This document shows positions 13,001-24,400 of a stretch of DNA of 64,000 bases, in pieces. The notes under the pieces are model-generated. The model was not told where the DNA came from, made no database searches, and saw nothing but the letters and a program-made list of their open reading frames with translations. Source of the DNA: Octopus sinensis (Eukaryota); contig NC_043007.1 of the NCBI RefSeq assembly GCF_006345805.1, forward strand, positions 38,192,001 through 38,256,000. The letters run 5' to 3'. How positions within the stretch are numbered: position 1 is the stretch's first letter; the number at the start of each line of letters is the position of its first letter. The translations under genes and the position numbers were made by a program.

Positions 13001-15035
13001 ACAGGAAATTATTTACTAGCTTATTGCTTATTTTGCTATTAGATATAATGTATGCGGCTATGAGTGCATTGCTCTTATAACTGAAACAGCTGTAAGCTAA
13101 TGGAGTTCATTGCATAATTTCCTGCTCTCTTAAAATTTATTCAATTTCATATTATGCTCTGTACTTGACTAACATTTTATTCTGTATAATCAGTTCTAAC
13201 ATCAAGTGATTAGTATTGCTATGCTTAAAGGACCCCCCCACTTGAAAGTGGATATTGTTTTAGAACACAAAATACTCCGTTATTTACCATGAGAGAACCT
13301 CTCACATGAACTTGCGGTGCATACAAGCACTCATATTTATAATCGCTAACAGGTGATGGTCATCCACTGCTGCTGCCAGAACTACCAGATGATGTAAAAA
13401 CGATGATGATGATACATATTTGTATGTGTTTCACCTTGTCTTGACATCATATAATGGTTGTAAATAAGCTTCACTGTCACACAAGTGGTGCTGTTCATTT
13501 TCAGTCTTCTATAAAAATTACATCTGGATATGGGTAAATATTACCTTGTTTGGAAACAAGGGAAGGTTGGTGACAAGAAGGACAGTTAACCACTAAAAAT
13601 CTGCCTCAACAAATTCTGTGTGACCCATGCAAACATGGAAAAGTGAATATTAAATGATGATGAGAATAATGCATTGCTTGTTGCTGTATGTACGAAAAGA
13701 AAACTATACAGCAGGCATAGGAGTGGCTGTGTGGTAAGTAGCTTGCTTACAAACCACATGATTCCGGGTTCAGTCCCACTGTGTGGTACCTTGGGTAAGT
13801 GTCTTCTACTATAGCCTCGGGCCGACCAAAGCCTTGTGAGTGGATTTGGTAGACGGAAACTGAAAGAAGCTCGTTGTATATATGTATATATACTCTTTTA
13901 CTTGTTTCAGTCATTTGACTGTGGCCATGCTGGAGCACTGCCTTTAGTCGAGCAAATCAACCCCTAGACTTATTCTTTGTAAGCCCAGTACTTATTCTAT
14001 CGGTCTCTTTTGACGAAGCGCTAAGTGACGGGGACGTAAACACACCAGCATCAGTTGTCAAGCAATGCTAGGGGGACAAACACAGACATACAAACACACA
14101 CACACATACATATATGTATATATACATATATACGACAAGCTTCTTTCAGTTTCCATCTACCAAATCCACTCACAAGGCATTGGTCGGCCCGGGGCTATAG
14201 CAGAAGACACTTGCCCAAGATACCGCGCAGTGGGACTGAACCCGGAACAATGTGGTTGGTTAGCAAGCTACTTACCACACAGGCACTCCTGTGCCTATAT
14301 ATAATATATATATACACGTATGTATGTATGTGTGTGTTTGTGTTTGTCCCCCCAGCATCGCTTGACAATCGATGCTGGTGTGTTTACGTCCCCGTAACTT
14401 AGCGGTTCGGCAAAAAAGAGACCGATAGAATAAGTACTAGGCTTACAAAGAATAAGTCCTGGGGTCGATTTGCTCAACTAAAGGCGGTGCTCCACCATGG
14501 CCACAGTCATATAACTGAAACAAGTAAAAGAGTAAAGAGAGCTTTTGTTGCAGTATCATCTGGTATTGCCATGACATTATTGAAGCAAGACAGCAATGCA
14601 CACACATGATTGGAGATCCCAGTATTTTCAAATTCAAACTCAAGATGCAAAGTATCTCCACTTGATGTTGCTTGGCATTTACTTCGTGATGCTTGCTTAT
14701 TTACGATGAGTCACTTATGTATCAACAACATCTCTTTAAAGCACTCGACTGAATGGTGAAGGATGTGCTGAATAATAATAGATTATTTGATGGCAAATTG
14801 CTTATTCACGGGGAAGTTTATCAGTAATATGCAAAGCACAGCAGTCTTCCTTTATTTGCACATGCTTGAAAAGAAATTCTTGCATTTGAAACTCTTTTGA
14901 AGCTTTGTGGTAAGCAGTTTGCCTCTGTCTTGGTTTAGTCCACTGCATGGCACATTGGGCAGGTGTCTTCTACTGTAAATTCAGGCCAACCAAAGCCTTG
15001 TGAGTGCATTTGGTAGATAGAAACTGAAAGAAGGT

Positions 15036-15066
<31 letters not shown>

Positions 15067-15388
15067 GGCACAGGAGTGGCTGTGTGGTAAGAAGCTTGCT
15101 TTCCAAACACATAGTAAGGGGTTCAGTCGCACTACATGACACATTGGACAAGTGAATTCTACTTTAGCCTTGTGCTGACCAAGCCTTGTGAGTGGATTTG
15201 GTGGATGGAAACTGAAAGAAACCCATCATATGTGTTTGTCTCCCCACCATCACTTGGCATCTTAGTGGTTTTGCAAAAGAGACTGATAGAATAAGTACTA
15301 GGCTTACAAAGAATAAGTCTTGGGGTTGATTTGTTGAACTAAAGGCAGTGCTCCAGCATGGCCACAGTCAAATGACTGAAACAAGTAG

Positions 15389-15434
<46 letters not shown>

Positions 15435-18400
15435 TTACATATATGCACATATATCTGTGTGTGTCTCTGTGTCTGTATTTGTCCCTCATCAACTTAGCAG
15501 TTCGGCAAAGGAAAACCAATAGAATAGATAACAGGCTTAAAATGAAAATAAGTATTGGGGTGAATTTGTTTGACTAAAATTCTTCAAGGTGGTGCCCCAG
15601 CATGGCCACAAGTAAAAAATAAAAGATAAAAATACTAAAATGCAAGTTCTGTATCATCATCATCATTTTAACATCCACATTTCCATGCTTGCACGGGTGA
15701 GAAAGATGCCATTGTACTAGATTTGCTATGGCCAGATGTTCTTCCTGTTGCCAAGCTTCTTTTTTAAAGTAAGATAATATTTTCCAATGGCCAGACATGT
15801 TTTTCTTAGAAGACTGGAAATGTACAACACCACTTGTATGATGGTGGTGCTCATTTACAATTATCACATGATTTCAATACACACATACTCACACACATGA
15901 TTACTTTCTTTCAGTTTCTGTCTACCAAATTCACTCACAAGGCTTTGGTCAGTCTAGGGCTACAATAAAAGACACCAAGATGCCATATAGTGGGACTGAA
16001 CCCAAAACCATATGGTTGGGAAGCGAACTTCTTAACCACACAGCCACACATGCCCTTTATTGATAATATTCTGCCTCATGCTTGACTTGTATATCATACT
16101 GAAAGGTTGTTGCTAATTGGTGATGGCAGAATTTCTAATGTTCTTTATAACCTGTAATATGAAAATTCCTTCTCATTTCCATGTTGAAGCAAGGAAAATT
16201 TAATTTGACTTGTAGAAAATTAATTTCACAATGTATAATGGCTATCATCAAAAGCTATTTTAACTACAAAAATAAAAAAATAATTAATATATAAAAAGAT
16301 GTTGACAAACTGTTGTGGCGGATGCCACCAGGTGAGAAGTGGGCTGGTCCACTACTAATAAATAGTGAACTGACTCAGTCAGTAAGGTCAGTCAGGTATG
16401 CTGTTTGGGCCAGTGCCACAGAGACAACGAAATACGTCATCATAATGCGGGGACATAACAGTGGCAATGAGGATTCGTAGCTCATACAGCCACTGATATG
16501 TAGTAGCAGGACATAACAGGGGCATACAAGAGGATTCGTAGCTCCCACTTTATAACGGTGACCTTTATAATAGTGGTAATGAGGTTATGAACACTCGTAA
16601 GAGTTAGTTAGTTAGTTAGTTAATTTGGCTCAAAAGCAAATAGCAAGGCCATGTAGGGGGACATGGTGTTAAGTACAGGGTGGTGTTCATGTAAAGAGTT
16701 CAGGCCACTTGAAGTCCAGGGAGGCTTTGAACAAAGCGGTTGTCGGCATCTTCACCATCTCGTCTGGCAGCTTGTTCCACGGATCCGTAACCCGGACGGA
16801 GAAAGCTCCTCTCCTTCGATTGAGATGAAATCGTCGCAGGTAGAGCTTTTCGGAATGACCCTGCAGCCGACGCTCCGGAGCAGGAGTGAAGAACAGCTCT
16901 TTCGAGAGGTTACACTTCCCGCTTATGATGTTGTGGGCGAGAATGAGATCACCACGGTGGCGGCGTTTTTCAAGAGAATAAAGGTCGAGCGTCCTCAGCC
17001 TTTCTTCGTAGGACAAATTTTTGAGACCATGAACCATGCGGGTAGCCAGCCTCTGGACTCTTTCGAGATGCTGTATGTCTTTGAGGAGATAAGGAGAAGA
17101 GGCTTGAATCCCATACTCCAATATGGGTCTCACCAGCGTGACATAGAGTGGCAGGAATATGGCTGCTGTGAGCATTCCGAATGACCGTCGAATCAAAAAC
17201 AGAATTCCGCGCGCTTTGTTGGCAGCATGGACGCACTGGGCCGAAGGCGAAAAGGAGGAATCCACCAAGATACCCAGGTCCTTTACCTGATCGGTCCTCT
17301 CCAGCAGCAGACGACCCGGCTCGAAATCAAGTTGAGTTGCAGGAGTAGAGCCGACAGGCAGATGACAGCACTTTGACACGTTCAGACACAGGTCCCAATC
17401 GTTAGACCACCTCCAAATTTGGTGGAGGCATCGACGAAGATCCTCTATACTACCGCGAGGAGCGACCAGTTTGATATCGTCGGCAAAAAGAAGGGTGTGT
17501 TGCGTGAGGTCGTCGGGCAAGTCATTTATGAAGACTAAGAACAACAAGGGCCCAAGCACTGAACCAAGAACAATGAAAGAAAGTTTGAAGGATTCAAACT
17601 CTAGCACACAACTGAACTTAACAGAGTGGAAAGTAATATACACACTGTGAAAAATATATATAAAAAGATTCTAAGGTAAAAAAAACACTAACACTAAATT
17701 GAACTACACACGGTGAAAAGTAATATACACACAGTGGAAAATATATATATAAAAAAAGATCCTGAAGAAAAAAAATGTCTGATAAAACTGGAACTCTACA
17801 CAGATCTGAACTACACACGGTGAAAAATAATTCTATGTGGAAAAAATGATAATAATAATAATAAGTCCATTCAAAGGATTTATAAGTCAGATTACTATAT
17901 GTAGTAGCGCTACCAGTAATAATGTAGATTTGGTACTGTGTTGACTACCTGTGGCATTTTGAAAAAAGAAAATAAACTATGGTTCTGTGTGGAACAAAAA
18001 ATAAAAATAATAATTACAAGTACGTTTGAAGGATTTATAAGTCAGGTCACTATGTTGTAGCACTACCAGTATTAATGTAGACTTGGTACTACCTGCGGCA
18101 TTTTGAAAAAAAAATGGTTCCGTGTGGAACAAGAAATAATAATAATAATAAGTCCATTCAAAGGATTTAATAATTCTGTGTGGAACAAAAAACAATTCTG
18201 GTTAGAAGGAAAAAAAAAATTAAAAAGAATTAACGATACATTTAAAGTGATGCCCTCAGTTGATCTAACAAATGGAGTTAAGAAAGGACAGTGATATACA
18301 AAACACTGAAGGTATCGACAAGGAAAATCGAAATAGCTATGATAGAAGATATTGAGAAGTGTTTAAAAGAGGTCAAAAGAGTGGGTGCTCCTACCAACAT

Positions 18401-21400
18401 ACTGTGGCAAGCAAGTCGTCAGAGTGAGGGTGAGAAAAGTGCCACTGGAGTTGAATTAAACATGGTTAGTTGCTGCAGTCATGTAAAATATGGAGGAGGA
18501 TGCAAAAATCATGAGAGGAACAAGAATAAAAAGAGTGAACTGTTGGGGATACGGAATTGAGATGGCAGTACAAGCAAGTGTGAGTGATATGTATAAAATT
18601 CTGGAAGAAATTATTCTACTTGAAGATATGAGATTGAGAATGGTAGTGGAGGGTAGGCCTCCCATATGCTACCTGTGTGGTGAGAAAGGCCACATGAAGG
18701 TGAGATGCCCCTAGAGAGAAAAGAAGAAACAACAGATGGAACAGTCTGAGGAGCAGGAGAGAGTGAATGATGTGGTGCAGGAAGATAAGAAGGAGACAAC
18801 AGGAATAGAGGAGGAATTTGAAGTGGTTAAAACGAAAGAGGAAAGAAAGTGTGGGCTCTCCACTGGAGACACAAAAAGAAAAAAGAAGCAGATAAAGAGG
18901 TGGAGAAGGAAGTTGTAAAGGAGGTTGAAAAGGAAGTCGTAAAGGATGTTGAAAAGGAGGTTATGGAGGAGGAGGAGATAGAAACAAGCACACTAGAGAA
19001 TTTTTTAGGAGAGCAATGAGAAGAAACAGCAATACTAACCAGGATGGAGGCAGTCTTGCCAAGAGTGGAACATGGCAAACAAGCAAGAAGGCCGAGAAAA
19101 CATAGCTGGAATTTCGTGACGTATGCTATGTAAAAACATAAATATCGAAAAAATGATAGCCAAACTTAAATCTGTTATAAGCGTTAAGTTGCCCAAGGAG
19201 ATGTACAGTGAAAATGTAAAAGCTATTTTAATCGATAAAGAAAAATATAACAAGTTGAAGGAAAAGTGTCAAATTGAGCAGCCAGGATTTGTGGTGGAGT
19301 TCGACAAACTTCTGCCAATAGTAAAATTAAGTGAACTAGAGCCATGCATAAGATATTAAAAAAAGAGAGTAAAATTGTATTTTTTTTAAAAAGAAAAAAA
19401 GAGTAAACAAAATTATGCTAATAGTGAAAAAACAGGAAAAAAAGAAAAAGATTTTAAACTGAAAGTGAGAATGTTCAAATGGTACTGCATGTGAATGGGG
19501 CGCATGCAGCCATTTCATCACCATCGATTTCATCGTACATTTTTCCATTTTCCATTCATTTTATGTTTTTGTCCCCACTGTGGTGTTCTGTCTGTCCTTG
19601 TTTTGTCCCCCCTCTATGTTAATGGCCTGGGTGCCAAATAAAGAAAAGCAGTCAGCGAGGTACTTTTATTAGTGTTAAATTACTTTTGATTCTGGTTGAC
19701 GTAAGTCATGTTATACTTTGTTGTATCTTTGTTAATGGTTCTCCCCCACATGGGTGAACCATGTTTTGTTGAATTTGTTAAATACTGTTGCTGTTTTGCC
19801 TGCAGGCCTGTTAAATTTTGTGTTTGTCTTCTTCCCCATTTTGGGACAGAGTAAATAAAAAAAAGGAAAAAATGGAGTGTGAACCAGTTCCAGCACATCC
19901 TGGGAGTTATGCTTCAGCAGTTGGGAAAGGTGCAGATTCGCTAGAAGTGCGAGAAATTAAAATTGAACAAAGGAAGCTAAAGGAACACTACAGGCTGATT
20001 CAGAAGGAGGGATCTAGTTTAAGGCTGACCTCTCCAGAAGAAGCGACAACCAGTACAAAGAACAGTGGTTTACATAACTCTGTCGACAACCACAAAGAAA
20101 ACAGAGATAGCTACGGAAGAAGCAATTGAAGAATGTCTGAAGGAAATTAAGCACCTGACAACATTCTATACAAGAGGCAGAAAATACGGCACAGTGGAGG
20201 TGAGATTTGCCAATGAACAGGAGGCATTAAGTCACTAAAATGGGTACTCCTGCCTACCTACTGTGGCAAAAGGGTCGCCAGAATGAGAATAGGCAAGGTG
20301 CCACTAGAAATCAAAGAAGCGTGGCTGGTGGCAGCTGTAATGCATAAAACTGAAGAGGATGCCAAAATTCTAAAAGTGACAAGGACAAAGAAGGTAAATT
20401 AGTGGGTTACGGACTAGAAATGATCATTCAGGCTGGACAAAAAGATTTGAACGAAATCACTGAGGTGATTTTACTGGAAGACATAAGGTTGAGAGTGGTG
20501 GTGGAAGGAAGACCACCAACCTGCTATCAATGTGGAGAGAAGGGACACATTAGAATAAAGTGTCCCCAGAGAGAAAGTAAAAACAAGGAAAGCCAACAAG
20601 AGCAGAATGGCGGACCTAGGAAATGAAAAATGCATGGAAGAAGCGGAAGGATCATTTATGGAGATAACCAAAAGAAAAAGGAAAGAACTAGTGAACTCAC
20701 TTCCGAAGAGTCCAAAAAAGAAAAAAAGGAGAGTGAAATAGACATTGCACAGCTCGTGCAGCATACACTTCCAGCAGCATCACCAACAAAAGGAAACCTA
20801 CCCAGACAACCCAAGTTCACCACAGAAACAAATAGTCAAAGAGCCCAGGAAAAATAAATGGTATATGGTAAATAACCAAATTCAAATTTGTAATTAGAGT
20901 AAAATTACCAGTGGAGCTTTACACAGAAAATACAAAAGGCATAGTAATAGACCAAGAGCGGTATGGAAAATAAAAAAATGGTTTGGAACCAACATAGACC
21001 CATTGGGAGTGGAGATAGAGTTCAACGACCTACTGTCTGTTGTAGATTATGTAGATTTGATGTCATACATGAACATGTAAAGCATGAGTAAACTTTTAAA
21101 ATTTTGTTAGAAGAGACTACACATACAATGCTAAAAAGGTAAAAAAAGAGAAAAAAATTATATAAAAACTTTTTATGAAAACAGTTAAATGGTACTGCTT
21201 GAGAGTGGGGTTCAAGTAACCATTACATCCTCATTAATTATTATCCATCTCTCATTTATTCATTTTATGTTTTTTGTCCCCACTGTGGTGTTCTGTCTGT
21301 CCATTTGCCAAATAAAGAAAAGCAGTCAACGAGGTACGCTGTTCAGGCTGGTCTCACAGAGACAATGAAACACGTCATAATGTGGGACATAATATAAACT

Positions 21401-24400
21401 AAGCAGTGATAGATGAGTGGTTAAGAAGTTTTCTTCACAACCATCTGGTTTTGGGTTCAGTCCCACTGTGCAGAATCTTGAGCAAGTTTTTTTTTATACT
21501 ATACCCTAGACTGCCTTGTGAGAAAAATTTGGTTCACAGAAACTGTGTGTCTTTGTATATGTATCTGTCGTATAATGAATGAAAGACAAATGAATATATG
21601 TGTGTGTGTGTGAATCAATGAATATATATCTTTCTATGTCATTCTGATGTAATCTTGTTGATTCTTTTTTGCAGCCATCTGATGTAGAAACACTGAAACG
21701 TGATGTTGAGTTTCGTATACTTCTTTCTGATGCATCCAGCGCTACTGATTCAAACACAATACAGGTCTGGCCCATGATTTTCTTCTTATTTTAACATTTT
21801 CTTTCTTTCTTTTTATCAATTTACAAGAGAGAGAGAGAGAGAGAGCAAAGATTGAGAAATATTTGCTCTCTATGTACCTCATGCCATATCATAGAATATG
21901 TGTACAAATATCAAGAGAGACCTACAATAGGACAGTGCTGCTGCTATACACATTAACATCCCACACGTTGTTCAGGCCTCACTCATCAATAGAATTCACT
22001 CTGTAACCCACAGTAACACCGTCTCTTCATCCTGCCAATGGTCTCTACTTCTCAGAACTAGCTAGATACATACCACTTCCAACTTGTCCTTTAACCACAT
22101 TCATCTCATCTCCTCTGATCACCAGTTCTGTAAGTCTCTTTCCAAGCCCCTCACTAACCACTTATCCCATCCTTCCTTCCCAAAACAATAACTGTCCAGA
22201 AATTCTTTGCTACCCACATTCATTTTTTTGCAGTCATTGACTTAATATGTTCCAATATCAAGTACATAAATCTCACATATCATAGATGATCTACAAAAGT
22301 CATAGGCATTGTGCCTTTCTTCTGAGTAAACCTAAAAGAACACACACACACACACATGCATATTTCCCCTATCAACATTCCAGAGGAAGTTTGGATATTT
22401 GAGTGGAGAAACACTTTATTATTCTTACCATTTTTGTAGACTCATTTCCTTTAATGTTCTGACCTTTCCAAGAATGGTTAAGTAGACATCAAAAAAACAA
22501 GTTTATTTTTAAGACTAGCAGAAAGATTGCCCTCTGGGCAGTTTTCTGCTAGTCAAACCTGGAATGTGTGTGTATTTATATTACAGAGACAGTGTGTGTG
22601 TTTATATCAGAGAGACCATGTGTGTGTGAGAAAAAGAGAGAGAGAGAGAACATTGAAAACAATGAATGAAATAAACATGAAATGAGAAAATCATATAAAT
22701 AAAAGCTCGTTAAAAACTATTGTTATCTTGTACTGAATATTTAAATTTGTGAACTTGAACTATTCAATAATAAAAGGTTCAGAAAGTAAATTTTCCTGAA
22801 AACTTCAATTTATAAAAAATCTCACTTGGTTAGTAAATATTTCTTTCAGTAATTTATCGTAGTTGTAATATATCTGTAATTTAAAGAAACTTCAAGGTAA
22901 CCCTAGCACATTTAACATGCTAGAAATAGCAGCAATCACATTGTTATTATTGTAAGGCTTATAGCATTCCAAACAGCCATGCCAACAAAATCACTTCTTA
23001 ATTTTTTTTTTAATTATACCAATATACTTTATCATGGAAGCCTCAAAGTTATAAGGTTATTTTGTGTAATAGCATTGATTCATTCAATAAGTAATTTTTT
23101 TACATTACATATATAGAATAAACTATGGGTTTTGCAAGTAACAAATTAAAACTTGAAAGGAAAACATTGAAATGAATATATATCAAATTATTAATGAAAA
23201 TAGAGGCGAGTGAGAGTGGGAGACTGTTGCCAATGAAAACAGAAAATTTCGCCTGCAACAAGTTAATATTGTTTATTAAATCTACTCTGTAGTGAATGCA
23301 ACAAATATTTAAATTAGGGAAAAACTTCTTGTTCAAATATTCAATAAACCTCAGAAATCGAAATTACAGGAAATTTCTTAGAGCATAAATTTATAAAAAA
23401 ATTTCCAGACAGTCAAGCCTTTTATAATTGTTTTCTTTTAGTAACTATTACATACCTAATTAATCAACAACTTTCTCCATTATATTATACTAGCACTATG
23501 ACCTGGCAACGCCGGGTCATAGTGCTAGTGCATGCATATACAGCTGCATGCGTGCGCACATACACGCGAGTACTGTCCAAATCTCTGACCAATCACATAC
23601 ACCTAGCTGGCATTCAATTGGCGTATCAAGTTTCGGGCATTTTGATTGGGTTTTGGATAGAAAATTCACAAAAAAGTCACTTCTATTGATTTTTTAATGG
23701 CTTTGCGGGGTGACTGGGAAAATGTATAGATGTGCATGACTACCCTTAGACGGTTTTGAATGACCATGGAAAGTGCGAGCCCTCTAACTGAAAAATTGTG
23801 GATTTGTATAAAGGACACACGCACAGACATTTTGCCGTTTGTATATATAGATATGTTACTGTTAAATTGATATAATTTTTTTTTTATTGTGTGCAATAAA
23901 CAATATTGTTATGCAAGTCCACTTTTTCATTATCTTTTGTAGTGAAAAATGGAAATGGTGAACTGGTAAAATGGGGAAATGCATGAAAAAGGCTAAGAAA
24001 CACTGGGCTAAAGAGATATTAGATCATGATAGTTTAGTTCCTTTCCATATTTTTGTTACAGGTTTGTCAGGAGAAAAGGGTCAGTGCTTTTTGTAGCCTC
24101 TCACTGACTTCTGAAACTAATTTTGTTAACGTTTGGCTTGAGTATCTTTTGGTCATTTGTTTGTTCATTTGTCACTGTTTGTGAGGCAGAGTTAAGGAGT
24201 TCTAGAGTACTGTAGTTCTGGGGAGAAATAAACATGTATCATGTTTCATGCAGCACTTGGGGAGGTGAGACACAATAATGGTGATAGGAGTGGGAGAAGA
24301 AGAAGATTATGCAGTTAACTAGTTCTGAAGAGCAGAAGCTGTAAAAGGAGCAGGGAGAGGGGACAGTTGCATTTGTGAGCCAGTGGTTGCAAAGTGATGG

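Noticed and set aside
11558-15867. Many 60-128 aa ORFs with HTHT/YIYI/CVCV runs or QASFSFxLPNPLTR
   Set aside because: Translations of microsatellites and SINE family A copies.
16663-17184. 173-aa + strand ORF
   Set aside because: Antisense shadow of the GC-rich CR1 RT frame; no recognisable motifs.
17571-17643. N-terminal MYITFHSVKF..FIVL of the 318-aa ORF
   Set aside because: LINE homology starts at GSVLGP; this is flanking DNA that happens to be open, so the element is 5'-truncated.
16311-18200. CRISPR-like or prokaryotic repeat arrays
   Set aside because: Repeats are imperfect, irregularly spaced and in a eukaryotic intron; no cas-like genes.
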